DNA of 63,741 nucleotides, counting the filler, from Chrysochromulina tobinii (lineage: Eukaryota): assembly GCA_001275005.1 (NCBI GenBank). It is 7 parts of 7 records of this genome, joined end to end, with 100 filler letters (N's around TTAATTAATTAA, not from the genome) between each part and the next. Parts side by side here need not be neighbours in the genome. Positions count along the whole stretch, not along the records: positions 14,040 to 25,684 come from JWZX01001421.1; positions 25,785 to 35,972 come from JWZX01001422.1; 5 more parts are not named here. The stretch is one strand, 5' to 3'. The stretch's first letter is position 1; every line of letters begins with the position of its first letter. The notes beneath the pieces are model-generated. The model made no database searches and was not told the DNA's origin. It was given only the letters and a program-made list of their open reading frames with translations. Positions 21,458 to 32,214 of the stretch are shown here, in pieces. Both the position numbers and the translations under genes were made by a program.

Positions 21458-21653
21458 AAGTCAAGTCAAGTCAAGTCTATACATAAACTACAGACAACCG
21501 TACGGAAGCCTATCGAATGTGCTTCGGAAGAGCCAGCAGGGGAGGACGGGAGTCGATGGAGATGGCGGAGGGGGATCCATAATGAGGTGACACGTCATAA
21601 ATGCTGACAAGGTGAGAAGTAACGGGCCGAACTTGACTTGACTTGACTTGACT
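21458..21653. repeat. Inverted pentamer arrays (AAGTC)4 ... (ACTTG)4 flanking ~153 bp
   Basis: 21458-21477 and 21631-21653. Confidence 0.85.
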
Positions 21654-21709
21654 AACTCTTGACTAACGGAACATGTACAGAATCCAAGTACCCGAGCGCC
21701 GCGACGCGA

Positions 21710-22828
21710 ATGCGTGACTTCATGATCGGCGCCGTTTTCGGAGCTGTCTGCATGTGGCTGGCCTACGATTTGCGCGGCGGCGCGACAGAGTTCCGCGTGG
21801 CTCGTAGGCCAGTGGTTGCTGCAACCACTCCATGCATAATTGCGTCGTCTCCGTCTTGGTCTCCGCACCGCCGACTGCAGCAGGCAGACGCCTCTGCCAA
21901 TGCCGACAGCGCTGCTGCTATGTCCACGAAGCACGACCTAGGCGGCATCACGATCATCGGCGAGCATCTCTTGACGACAGTGCACGTGGCGCAGGTCACG
22001 CCCGAGGGCGCGATCGTCGTTCCGCCCGGCACGCGGCGCATCCTTTTTGAGATCGGCTGCTCGGACCGTGACACCATGGACGAGGCTGAGCTCGCGAAGT
22101 ATAATGACTCGTTCCTCATCTCGTTCGAGCCGCTATTAGACAAGTGCGCGCGCGCGCCCGTCATCAATATTGGGTTCTCGTATGCGCGGAAGTGCCACAA
22201 CACTGCTAACAAGCGTGTGTGCACACGCGCGCGCAGGTACGCGCGGCTGCTCGAGCGCGGCAACATCCGTTACAACAGGCAGCAAGTCGACCGCGCGACG
22301 CCGCTCGGCCACCACCACGCACGCGGTGTCGTGCTGCCCCTCGCCGTCTCCGCACGTGCCAAGCCGAAACTTGCCACCTTCAACGTTTCGCGCATCGCCG
22401 GCTGCTCTTCTCTACTTCGATTCAACGAAAAAACCTCGTGGGGCCGAGAGTGCTTCTCATATTTGAGGGATGAGGGGGCGAGAAAGGCGGGCGCATCCAG
22501 CATGCTTGAGATGCGCATGGTGCCGACAATTTCGATGGATCAAGCGCTGAGCCTTGCACCGGCCGCCCTGCCGATTGAGCTTCTCAAGCTCGACACGCAG
22601 GGGATGGATCTGAAACTGCTGCGATCAGCGAGCAAGGCGAACCTTGCGCGCGTGGCTGCGATCGAGCTCGAGGTCGTCAAGTCGGGCTGCACGACCCTCT
22701 ACATCGGCCAGGAGACGCACCTCGACGTCGACGCGTTCTTGCAGGAGCAGGGCTTCAAGCTTCAGTCGTGGAAGTGGGACCTCCGGTGCGAGGGGACGGG
22801 CTTCTTCAGGCGCCAAGATCTGATCTGA
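21710..22828 (+). CDS. FkbM-like SAM-dependent methyltransferase, type II membrane; in-frame 93-bp intron 22144-22236
   Basis: LFEIGC, SFEPL, LPLAVS, GCSSLL, IELLKLDTQGMD, LYIGQ; N-terminal TM; GT...GCAG intron. Confidence 0.8.
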   Translation: MRDFMIGAVFGAVCMWLAYDLRGGATEFRVARRPVVAATTPCIIASSPSWSPHRRLQQADASANADSAAAMSTKHDLGGITIIGEHLLTTVHVAQVTPEGAIVVPPGTRRILFEIGCSDRDTMDEAELAKYNDSFLISFEPLLDKCARAPVINIGFSYARKCHNTANKRVCTRARRYARLLERGNIRYNRQQVDRATPLGHHHARGVVLPLAVSARAKPKLATFNVSRIAGCSSLLRFNEKTSWGRECFSYLRDEGARKAGASSMLEMRMVPTISMDQALSLAPAALPIELLKLDTQGMDLKLLRSASKANLARVAAIELEVVKSGCTTLYIGQETHLDVDAFLQEQGFKLQSWKWDLRCEGTGFFRRQDLI

Positions 22829-23202
22829 GAGATAGTTTCGTCGCCAAGGCCAAGATCATATAGCGTCTTATGCCCGACGACGAGCAAGAGGATCGGTTTG
22901 CGTGGGCCTCATCAGACGCGTCGGCTTAGTAGGAGGTGGAGCGTAGGAGGAGGAGCGGAGGAGCCTGGGTGGGCGACGGTTTCGGCAAGGACGTTACCGT
23001 ACAAGGCGAGATTGCACAGGCCGAGCGCCAGGCCGAGCGCCAGGCGCCTGGCGTCGCCGCCATCGAGAGCACCTCATCCGCTCATCTCTCCGGACGCGCT
23101 CTACTCTCTCTCTCTCCTCAAACCAACATTCCTCTTACCGTTGTGCGTTGAAAGTTGTCGGCTTCACCTTCAGATGTGGCGCATGTTTTGTGCCGCGTGT
23201 GA

Positions 23203-25684
23203 CTACCGCCAAATTGTGACCCATGTGAGGCGCCGGCCTAGTGCTAGTCTGCTAGAAGACCCGCCGCGCTCCGTCGCCTGCCTGCAAGTCACGTCACTAC
23301 GACTTGACTTTCCTTGATTTGCCTGCAGGCCTTGATACGTATGTGGTCGAGCTTGCTTGTATGTGGTCCTTTTTGTTTGCGGGAGACGGCGAGGTTTGTT
23401 CGAGACGGCGAGGCACGGCTCAAGCGCCGCCACTGAGACCTTCTCGTTCTTGGCGAGAAACGGCGCGAGCAAACGCGGCCGGCCGCTCAATCCTGTCGCG
23501 AGCCGATCGAAGTCGTCGTCCCAGCCCGCGCCCGTGCCAAAGTGTGCGATAGGCACGTCGGGACGCAGGCTGCGCCGGACGCGCGCGTCCGGCACTGCCT
23601 TGGCATTGAGCACCTTGCGCAGGTCTGCCTTTGCTGCTGCCTCCTTTTGCTTGCCTCCGCTAGTGGAGCCCGCGGCACCCTCCGCACCGTCGCCGCACCC
23701 CTCCCCTCCCTCCTCGGCCTCCTCCTCTGCACAGCCTGCGGCGTACAAGCGGGCAATTGGGAGGCCCTCGTCCTTGCCCCCCTTTGGGCACCTCTTTTGA
23801 GAGATTGGGATCGAGTCCGTGATGACGAAGAGGATCGGATCGGACGGTGCGCCGGCCGCCAGAGGTGCCACGACCTTGAGCAACTTCGCCCTCCAGTAGT
23901 GAGGCTTCCCGTCGGCGAAGACGGTCGCGTGTGCATTCAGAAAGCGAGCGGTGCCCGCACCAAGCGCCAGCTCGATGTCATCGGTGTTGTACGCGTTGGA
24001 CAGAAGCACGAACAGATCGATCGCGGCGCAGATTGCGGCCCGGAGTGTCTCGGCGGCCCGGAGGTTGTCCATCAGCTCCCGACCGAGCAGGGCGTGGAAG
24101 GTGCCCACGGCCCAGTCGTGGCCGGGCTTGGCAGCAGCAGCGGCAAAGGACGGGGCAGCATCCATGGCCACGCCCTGATGGGCTTGACCGCTGATACGCG
24201 ATGAGTGGCGCTGTGCACGCACCAGCGGCGCCGGCGGCTCCAACGATCTCTGCGGACGAGGGGGCTCACGCCCCGTAGCCCGATGGGTATCCTGCAGCAT
24301 GGGAACGAATGATTGGTCGACATAGCTCGAGTCGCACCCGTGGAAGCACTCGACCTTGGCTGCCACGCAACGCACATAGGCGTTTGGAGCGTACGAGCTC
24401 AAATTTGCAAGCGAGCACTGGCGGCTACACCATCCATCCTGGAGTGAAGGAGTCACAGTGAACCACAATCGAAAAGCATCCTACCGTGAGCAACACCGAG
24501 TACACGAGCTGCTGGGGCGCTTGCTGGCCGCGTACGTGCCCGCGCCCTGCCGTGGTCGCGAGGAGGCGCGCGAGCTGCTCGAGATAACGCTGCTGCGCCT
24601 GCAGCTGCGCGACCCTCAGCAGCTCTCACTCAACAAGTTCATGGAGAGCTCGCCCACTCACCTGTGGTTCACTGTTGACTTCTGTGCAGCGACGCTTTCT
24701 GATGACAAGCGCCATCTCCTCGAGCCATCCCTGCTCGATGAAGAGCGATGGCTCGAGGACAACGAGCTCCTGGCCCTGGCGGCCAAAGTGATGCTGGGCA
24801 GCACGCCTGCCGAGGTGCGAGCTCGCCTGTCAGAACCCTTGTTTTCGGAGCTGCCGGTATCAAGCGTGCTGCGCGACCGTCTCGCCAAGGAGAAACTGCC
24901 AGTACCACGTCGGCGGGCGGCACAGCTCGTCGTGCTAGCCGGTGGCGCGCCGGCCATGGGCTTCTTGGATGGCGCCATTGCCACGGCGGGCTTTGCAGAG
25001 TGCTTTCATCAGCTGGCGCCCACGGTCGCGCTGGATGGCGTCGTGAGCAACACCGCGGCACGCGAATACTTCGAGCTGAGTGGGCCGGATGACGACCGTG
25101 GCATCGTGCGCTGCGTGCCGCCGAGCGCACTGCCCGGGCCTGCCGCCAGCTTCCGCGGCTCTGCCACTGTCCGTCGGGGACTCGGAGCCGAGGCACTGGC
25201 GCTCTTCATAGCAGCAATCGCGGCCACGAGCTCGGCTCCGAGCCATGTTTGCACGTCGGTATCGCTGGGCATGGCTCCCAGTGCGCTCGTCAGCCGTCCG
25301 AGGACTGCCTCGTGTTCTGCATCGGAAGGCTTCCGCGGGAGGTCCAGAACTCCGTCCATGATCTTGAGCCCGTGACACTTTCTAGCCTTGGCAAGCTTCT
25401 GGTTCCCATGGCCGCCGCGGATGGTCGCCGTGAATAGGGCCACGTCGCTCGTCATCGAGAGGGTGTAGACCATCGCGGCCATCGGATATCGCGCGTTGTC
25501 GGGTAGCCGCCTTTGCAGATAGGCCACCAAACTTGACAAGTTTCTGAAACCAACACACACCAGGAGGCCTTCGACGAAACACGTGGTCCTGTGCTCCAGC
25601 AGGTCAAATCTTCCTCGGCGCATAGGATTTACATTCAGCTGATAATCGACCCCGGCGATTTCGATGTGGCGGACCTCTGTGTGA
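23203..25684. pseudogene. Three abutting protein-like ORF segments in alternating orientation (- 23203-24468, + 24458-~25100, - ~25100-25684); possibly a scrambled gene
   Basis: No intergenic space and no convincing starts or stops; a 13-bp inverted repeat lies at the switch; the last segment is open to the contig end. Confidence 0.35.
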
Positions 25685-25784
25685 NNNNNNNNNNNNNNNN
25701 NNNNNNNNNNNNNNNNNNNNNNNNNNNNTTAATTAATTAANNNNNNNNNNNNNNNNNNNNNNNNNNNNNNNNNNNNNNNNNNNN
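25685..25784. other. Artificial contig linker
   Basis: N44-TTAATTAATTAA-N44. Confidence 0.99.
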
Positions 25785-25870
25785 GAGGAGGAGGAGGAGG
25801 AGGAGGAGGAGGAGGGCGAGGATGAGGATGAGGATGAGGAAGGCGAGTAGGAGGAGCAGGGAGGAGGAGG
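25785..25870. repeat. (GAG)n/(GAGGAT)n microsatellite at contig end
   Basis: Directly visible. Confidence 0.9.
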
Positions 25871-26175
25871 CGAAAGTAGGTAACCGGAACAGCTTGGGGG
25901 GGGCTGACCCCTGACGTAACTTGGCCGATGTCGATGCGGGGAAATGTATAATGTTCCGTCACTTTGTCGCTTTCCCAGCCTACCTTCTTCTTTTTTCATC
26001 CTCGATCTTGTGATGATGTACCAAAATCGCTTCGTACCGGACTAATCGGGACACTGGGTCAAAGATCAAAGACGACCCAGCGCGACACCGCCGCGACACC
26101 GCCGCCATCGCGTCCTCGAGCGAACAGATAACAGTCTCCCGCCGCTCCCCCGGCGCGCGGCTGTGGGGCTGCTCC

Positions 26176-28320
26176 TCACGCGTTGGTGACCTTGAATGAG
26201 CCGCCGCCCTTGCGGAACTCGTCCTGGATCGTGTGGAACTGGCGCGAGAACGGGTTGGGAGACAGGTCAGGGTAGTTGCTGGGCACCTCGACGAGCTGCA
26301 CGTCGCCGTCCTTGGCGCGCCCCTCGCAAAAGGGTGGCGGCTTGTCCGCGGACGAGTGGAATGGCGGCGGGCCGATGAGGAACTTGCACGGGAAGGAGCG
26401 GCCGGGCGTGCCGTGGCAGCACGGCGAGTAGAACGGGATGCAGCCAGCACGCGGGCCGACGCAGGCGCCGTCCTCGTAGCAAAAGTGTCGCGAGTAGGGC
26501 ACGAGAGCCGGCGCGAGACCGGCCCAGAGGGCTGCCTCCTGCCTCTCCTCAAAGCCACAGAAGCGGTCCTTGGCCACGGCGAGCTCGAGGACGCGCGTGC
26601 GTTCATAGGGCTTGAGTGCGGCGCGCGCCTCGTTGGCACTCATGGGGCCGGTCTTGAGCCGGACCCAGGAAGACTTGAGGGCGGGTGAGAGGCGCGGGTC
26701 CGAAAGGAAGCCAGACTCGCGGAAGGCGATGGGCAGCTCGGACTGGAACCAGCGTGGCAGGTTGAGGATGTGGTCTGCTGGGCAGTCGAAGGGAAGGGTC
26801 ATGCCAAACGCACCGCCCACGCGGCAGTGCTTCATCTCCTTCCAGATGTTGTCGCAGTAGCAGAGCATCCGAGGAAGCACCAGAGTGCGGTTGAGCGCGA
26901 TCGCGAGCGCGAGAGCGTCGCGCAGCACCGTGCGCAGCTGCGTCTCCTCGCGATTAAAGCGGTCGGCCGCCTGGGCGGTCGTCACGTTGCCCGGCAGGTA
27001 GTCGATCGGGAGGGTCGCAGCCTCGGGCGCGACCGCGAGGTAGTAGCCGTCGTTGAAGTACGAGGGAGGGTCCACCTGCCACACGCGCCCCTCGCGCATC
27101 CGCTGCCGCTTGCCGTACGGGAACGCGGAGTCGTCGCCATACTGATAAGTCATGTGCACCACAAAGGGGGGCGGATGATCTTTCTTTTGATAGAGGCGCT
27201 GCACGAAGAAGGTGTGACCGTTGGCAAAGTAGCGAAGCGGCAGGCGCGCGATCTTGATCTTGTCATTCCACGCGAGGAAGATGGGGCGGACCGCCGAACG
27301 GCCCTTCGGGTCGGGTGGCGGGTCCCAGGTCTTCGAGTGGAAGTTCTCGCGCATGAGCAGGTTGAGAGCCGCCTGGTCTCGCACCATAATGTCGCGCGTG
27401 CTCTCGATCTTCGCCTTCCACGCTCCGAGAAAGTCAAGCACTGCTTGGCGTGAACGCATGTACACGAGCCCTGTGTTGTGGTCCACGTGCCAGCAGCCGT
27501 TGTGCTGGTCGCCCTCGATGTCGATGCAGTCCGTGGTGGTGAAGATGTCGACGTGCTGCATCGGGAACTCGTTGACGAAGACGGCCGGGTTCCCCATCCA
27601 CCCCGTATCGGCGTCGCAGGCCCACACGTTGAACCCCATCCGCAGGACGCGGGTGTAGAAGGTCACCTTGAGGGCGGCCATGCGTTTGTATGCGCCGTAG
27701 TCGAAGCGCAGGTTGGCCGCATTCCTGTTCGCGATCGAGGTGCCCTCGATAGGCAGATGGTCGACGCCCGAAGCCTCGCAGATCTCGGCCATCCTGGCAT
27801 CGAGCGTGCCCACCACGGTCGTCGTCAAGCCCGCGCGACGCAGGTTGGCCACCCAGTTGAGCGCAAACGGCGCCATCGACGAGGACGCGAAGCTCACGTA
27901 CAGGTCGGTGCCCTTGCGCATGGCCGCGAGCCTGGGCGGTAGGGTTTCGCCCGGAGGCACGACCACGCGCTCCGCGAGCGGCACCTCCTCCGCCTCGACG
28001 GAAGGCGGTGGCGGAGGCATGTGCACCGCGATGAGCTCCGAGGCGTTGGACGCCGCCAATTGCGGCGGCACGTGCTGCTGCTGCGGCGCCTGCGACTGCT
28101 GCTGCTGCCGCGGCAGGCCAGCCGACTGCTGCTGTGTCTGTGGCACGCGGCCGGCCGATGATGCCCTGAGCATCGCCTCACGACTGGCGGCCGACGCGGC
28201 GGTGCCGCCCGAGACCTGAGCGCTCGAGGTGTAGGCGGCCGGTCGCGAGAAGTACATGTTGGCCAGGAGCAGTAGCGCGGCCGCGCCGACGAGCAGCCGG
28301 GCGCAGCGACCACCGCTCAT
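26176..28320 (-). CDS. GT77 nucleotide-diphospho-sugar transferase, XEG113-like arabinosyltransferase
   Basis: N-terminal TM; FALNWVANL, ACDADTGW (DxD), NTGLVYMR, DQAALN, FANGHTFF, ALAIALNRTLVLPRMLCYCD, CPADH. Confidence 0.9.
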   Translation of the reverse strand: MSGGRCARLLVGAAALLLLANMYFSRPAAYTSSAQVSGGTAASAASREAMLRASSAGRVPQTQQQSAGLPRQQQQSQAPQQQHVPPQLAASNASELIAVHMPPPPPSVEAEEVPLAERVVVPPGETLPPRLAAMRKGTDLYVSFASSSMAPFALNWVANLRRAGLTTTVVGTLDARMAEICEASGVDHLPIEGTSIANRNAANLRFDYGAYKRMAALKVTFYTRVLRMGFNVWACDADTGWMGNPAVFVNEFPMQHVDIFTTTDCIDIEGDQHNGCWHVDHNTGLVYMRSRQAVLDFLGAWKAKIESTRDIMVRDQAALNLLMRENFHSKTWDPPPDPKGRSAVRPIFLAWNDKIKIARLPLRYFANGHTFFVQRLYQKKDHPPPFVVHMTYQYGDDSAFPYGKRQRMREGRVWQVDPPSYFNDGYYLAVAPEAATLPIDYLPGNVTTAQAADRFNREETQLRTVLRDALALAIALNRTLVLPRMLCYCDNIWKEMKHCRVGGAFGMTLPFDCPADHILNLPRWFQSELPIAFRESGFLSDPRLSPALKSSWVRLKTGPMSANEARAALKPYERTRVLELAVAKDRFCGFEERQEAALWAGLAPALVPYSRHFCYEDGACVGPRAGCIPFYSPCCHGTPGRSFPCKFLIGPPPFHSSADKPPPFCEGRAKDGDVQLVEVPSNYPDLSPNPFSRQFHTIQDEFRKGGGSFKVTNA

Positions 28321-28463
28321 TGCACCGAGTGTGAAGAGAGAAGTTAAAAAGTTGTGAACACTGTCACCTTGTGATTCACGAAGCCAATCGTGCATGCACA
28401 CGAAAACAGTCCACCTTTCAGAATTTGTCTCGGGTTCCCTGGGTCCGCGGCACGTGAGTGGTT

Positions 28464-29411
28464 ATGAGAGTGCCACAATTCGTGAGTGGTTATGTGCTGC
28501 TGCGGAGCAGGCTGTGCACGAGCCAGTCTTTACTGCCCTCGATCCACTGCGGAAAACCCTGCTTGACTGGCCGGACATGCGGCAGCCTGCCCTACATCAT
28601 AGCAGGATTCACCTGTGAGGACTTTGCTCAAATCGGCTGCAATTGCCAGGGCTGCTGCACGAATCCATCGCCGCCGCCGCCGTTACCCCCGTCGCCGCTG
28701 CCTCCACCTCCGAGGCCTCCGCCTCCGAGTCTGCCACCGCCAAGCCCACCTCCGCCGTCGGCTCCTCGGCCATCTCTGCCACCACCACCGCCTTCCCCAA
28801 GCCCACCTCCACCCTCGGCTCCTCCGCCCATGCCGCCGCCGCCGTCACTACCACTACTGCCTCCCCCATCACGACCCCCACCATCGCCTCCGCCACCGTC
28901 ACCGACGCGATCACCGTCGCCATCGCCAGCGCCTGTGCCGCCGCAGCCGCTGGCGACTGCTGTGGAGATGACGGCCTGGTGGTTCTCGGCGGGCATCATC
29001 TGCGGCGGCGCCACACTCCTTTTCGCACGCCATCGGTCAGCCCGTAACGACAAGAATATTCACCAATATTCGCGCGCGCACACTCAAGACGTTACTCAAG
29101 ACGTTACTCAAGACGACACGGCGAATGCATGCAGGGCGACACGTTACACCGTCCGATTTGGGTCGAGGCGTTACATGTACCCGGGGCGTTACACTCGGAG
29201 GGCCGATTCGGACGTTGACTACAACGATGGTGCCACGGTCGTAGGCTACAATGACGGTGCCACGGTCATAGGCTGCAACGACGGTGCCACGGTCATAGGC
29301 TGCAACGACGGTGCCACGGTCATAGGCTGCAACGACGGTGCCACGAGCGTTGGCGCCAACGACGGCGCCACAAATTACAACGACGGTGCCACGGTTTTGG
29401 ATTATGCCTGA
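28464..29411 (+). CDS. Extensin-like Pro-rich membrane protein with Cys-rich N-terminal module
   Basis: C-x-rich segment (TCEDFAQIGCNCQGCC), SPPPP runs, a TM helix, and 24-bp tandem repeats (NDGATVIGC) at about 29220-29400. Confidence 0.65.
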   Translation: MRVPQFVSGYVLLRSRLCTSQSLLPSIHCGKPCLTGRTCGSLPYIIAGFTCEDFAQIGCNCQGCCTNPSPPPPLPPSPLPPPPRPPPPSLPPPSPPPPSAPRPSLPPPPPSPSPPPPSAPPPMPPPPSLPLLPPPSRPPPSPPPPSPTRSPSPSPAPVPPQPLATAVEMTAWWFSAGIICGGATLLFARHRSARNDKNIHQYSRAHTQDVTQDVTQDDTANACRATRYTVRFGSRRYMYPGRYTRRADSDVDYNDGATVVGYNDGATVIGCNDGATVIGCNDGATVIGCNDGATSVGANDGATNYNDGATVLDYA

Positions 29412-29827
29412 CGGTCCCACACGAGTCGCGGGGGGGGGGTCGTTCGGATAAAACTTGAGAAAGGGTCAGTTGAAACGACACACAAGGTACCGACCAGCCA
29501 CTACATGTACTACTGTCCACGAAACACAGACTGGCGCTGCGGTCGCGTCGCTCGGTGGACTAACACACCGGCGAGGATTTTCAAGGATCCGGACCCACCC
29601 ACCGCCCCAGCCACGCTACATCTATCGGCCCACTTGCGAGCCATTTTTGGATCTATTGTTCACGTGAATGCCCCGCGAGATGGTCCCTCGACTGCGACCT
29701 TGGCGATCCCTTTCGGCAGCCGAATTTTCTCCTTCCTCAGTCGTCAGACGGAAGGAACTTCTTCCACCCATTTCTTGGCGCCACGACCTCTTTAATCTTT
29801 GCTTCGGTGTGCGCGTCCGCCCTCGCC

Positions 29828-32002
29828 ATGCCTTCATCCAAGGTGCGCGTCGTGCAATGGAACGTGCTCGAAGACGGGCTGAGTGACACGCCTCATGCGA
29901 TCTCATTCCCGCCCGCCTTCGTCACGGCCTTTGGCGCGCTGGCAAGCGAGCTGAGCATGGACGCAGACGGGAGGCCATTCTTCGGCTTCTCCACTTCGCG
30001 CGACTTTACGGCATTGCCGGAGGTGGTGCCCATCGACTCGCTGCACGCGCTTATGGGCTTCGTGGACGTGTTGTACAATGCGTGCTACCACGCCACGGGC
30101 GGCGAGGCGCAGCTGGACGGCGTGACGCTGGGCAACACGTTGCGTACGCTCTTCCTGACGAGCGCACTCACGGACGCGACGGCGGCGCCAAGCATGGCGA
30201 ATGCATGGGCGTGCTCCGCCTTCGAGTCCGAGCTGCACAAGGCAACCGCTGGCCTCGGGGATGTCGAGGTGGCACGCGCCAGGCTGTGGGAAGTCCGAGG
30301 GCAGATCTTCGAGCCTCGGCACGGGACGCTGCGCTGGCCAGGCGCACTGGCCGCGCGGATCGCCAAGCGCGGCTCGCCCCTGTATCGCACGTGGATGGGC
30401 CTCGATAGGAGTCATCAGCCCATCGTTCGTGGCCTACGTCTCTTCTATGCGCCGACCGAGACGGCGCTCGACGACGAGCGTACGGCAAGCGCGCTGCGCC
30501 GCTTCTGCCGTGTCGTGCGGGCGGGCGCACCCGCGACGACGCCCTCGACGGACCTCGAGGCGAGCTTGGAGGGCGGCGAGGGCGGCGGCGAGGGCGAGGG
30601 CGGCGGCGAGGGCGACGGCGCGAGGGCGCTGATCGAGATGGTGCTCGCGCCTGATGACACTCTCCTCTCGCTGCGCACGCCGACTCTCGCGGCCGCGCTG
30701 CACTGGCTCGTGCAGCGGATGTGTGAGCATGCAGGCAACAACCCGAGGGCAGCAGCGGCGGTGGCTGCCTTTTGCGCGACGTGCCCGGTGGGCGAGGGCT
30801 CGGCGGCGGCCTCGGTGGTCAGTACGGCGGTGGCCAATACGATCGCCGATGACGCTGGCGCTCCATACGACGATGCGAGCACCGCCGCCACTCTGGACGC
30901 AGGCTCGAGCCCGAGCGCTTGGGCGACGGCCATCTACGCGCGTCTAGCAGCGCCTCTGGCGGCATGGCAGCGGAGTTCGGGGCTTGGCGAGCGGCACGCG
31001 CGGGTGAGTGCCACGCTGTCGCGCGTCAGCCCTGACCTGCTCTGTGCCGTCGAGGCGGACGCTTCCTGGCGCGCGCTGCCGCTGCCAGCGGGGCGGCGGT
31101 ACGTGGCAGCTGAAGGTAAGGGAACTGCTCGGATTGTGTACGATGCGGACCTCTTCGAAGAGGCCACCGTCGCGACGTGCGGCGTGGAGGTGCCGAAGGC
31201 CATCCGCAGCCTTCGGGAGCGCGGCGCAGCCGAAAGTGCGGTGGCGCCCAAATCGTCGCGAGTGCTGCTGCTGCGCCGTAAGGCGGACGGTCGGCTGCTG
31301 CTGCTGCTCGCCGCCCACTTGGAGAGTGGCAAGCCAAGCGATAGCGTCAAGGTGGCCCTCCGCGCGGCACAACTCAAGGCGCTCCTGGGCGAGCTCGAGG
31401 AGGCCGCTTCGGCCCTACGCCAGGCCGGACGACAGGCGGTGCTCATCGTAGCTGGGGATCTCAATGCGGTGCGCGAGGAGTTTCTGTACGGCAACAGCGA
31501 CGCCTTCTTTGAGGCCCCTGGCGTTCAAGCGATCGTGCCCCCGCTCCGCCGCCCCTCTCACGGCGCGGCGCGGATCGAACCGCCGGAGCCCCCGCTGGCA
31601 AAGCTCGGAGAGTCTGGCGAACTCTGCCTGGCATGCGCATCCGCTGACGGCGGCTGGCTGCGGGAGGTGTCGGCGGCGCCCGCGTGCGTGGCGGCCCAAG
31701 GCCATCCGGTGTGCACACGTGCCGGCTCCAACATGGCCATCGATTTCGTTCTGCTCGGCAGCCTCGGCGGCGGAGGCGGCGACGGCTCGGGCGGCAGTGG
31801 CTCGGACGGCGACGGCTGCTCGGGTGCACCGTATGCGCTCGTGCCGCCAGAGGACGTCGCTGCGTGTGCTGACCCCGTCGACGGCACGCGCGTGGCCATA
31901 GGGCAGTGGGGAAGCGACCACCTCCCCGTCGGGGCGGATCTCGAGATCGAGCTGCACCATCAGAGATGCGAGAGGGAAGGCTCACAAGAGAACAACGAGT
32001 GA
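29828..32002 (+). CDS. Endonuclease/exonuclease/phosphatase (CCR4/nocturnin-like) with large insertion
   Basis: VRVVQWNVL, PDLLCAVE, AHLESG, AGDLNA, IDFV, GSDHLPV. Confidence 0.85.
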   Translation: MPSSKVRVVQWNVLEDGLSDTPHAISFPPAFVTAFGALASELSMDADGRPFFGFSTSRDFTALPEVVPIDSLHALMGFVDVLYNACYHATGGEAQLDGVTLGNTLRTLFLTSALTDATAAPSMANAWACSAFESELHKATAGLGDVEVARARLWEVRGQIFEPRHGTLRWPGALAARIAKRGSPLYRTWMGLDRSHQPIVRGLRLFYAPTETALDDERTASALRRFCRVVRAGAPATTPSTDLEASLEGGEGGGEGEGGGEGDGARALIEMVLAPDDTLLSLRTPTLAAALHWLVQRMCEHAGNNPRAAAAVAAFCATCPVGEGSAAASVVSTAVANTIADDAGAPYDDASTAATLDAGSSPSAWATAIYARLAAPLAAWQRSSGLGERHARVSATLSRVSPDLLCAVEADASWRALPLPAGRRYVAAEGKGTARIVYDADLFEEATVATCGVEVPKAIRSLRERGAAESAVAPKSSRVLLLRRKADGRLLLLLAAHLESGKPSDSVKVALRAAQLKALLGELEEAASALRQAGRQAVLIVAGDLNAVREEFLYGNSDAFFEAPGVQAIVPPLRRPSHGAARIEPPEPPLAKLGESGELCLACASADGGWLREVSAAPACVAAQGHPVCTRAGSNMAIDFVLLGSLGGGGGDGSGGSGSDGDGCSGAPYALVPPEDVAACADPVDGTRVAIGQWGSDHLPVGADLEIELHHQRCEREGSQENNE

Positions 32003-32214
32003 GTGTACCCGGGCTATGCCTCGCCTATGGGTTGTATTTCATAACGTCGATATCGATTCGATTACGAATAACTATCGGTCCGATGTTGATGTTGCATGTT
32101 CATCTGAGTACAGAGAGGCCACATCGCATGGTAATCGCAAATCGGTCTCGGCGCCTCCCAGGGTCCCAGCCTCTCCAGCATCTGCTCTTATGTGTACTGT
32201 ATGCTCTCCTCGCG

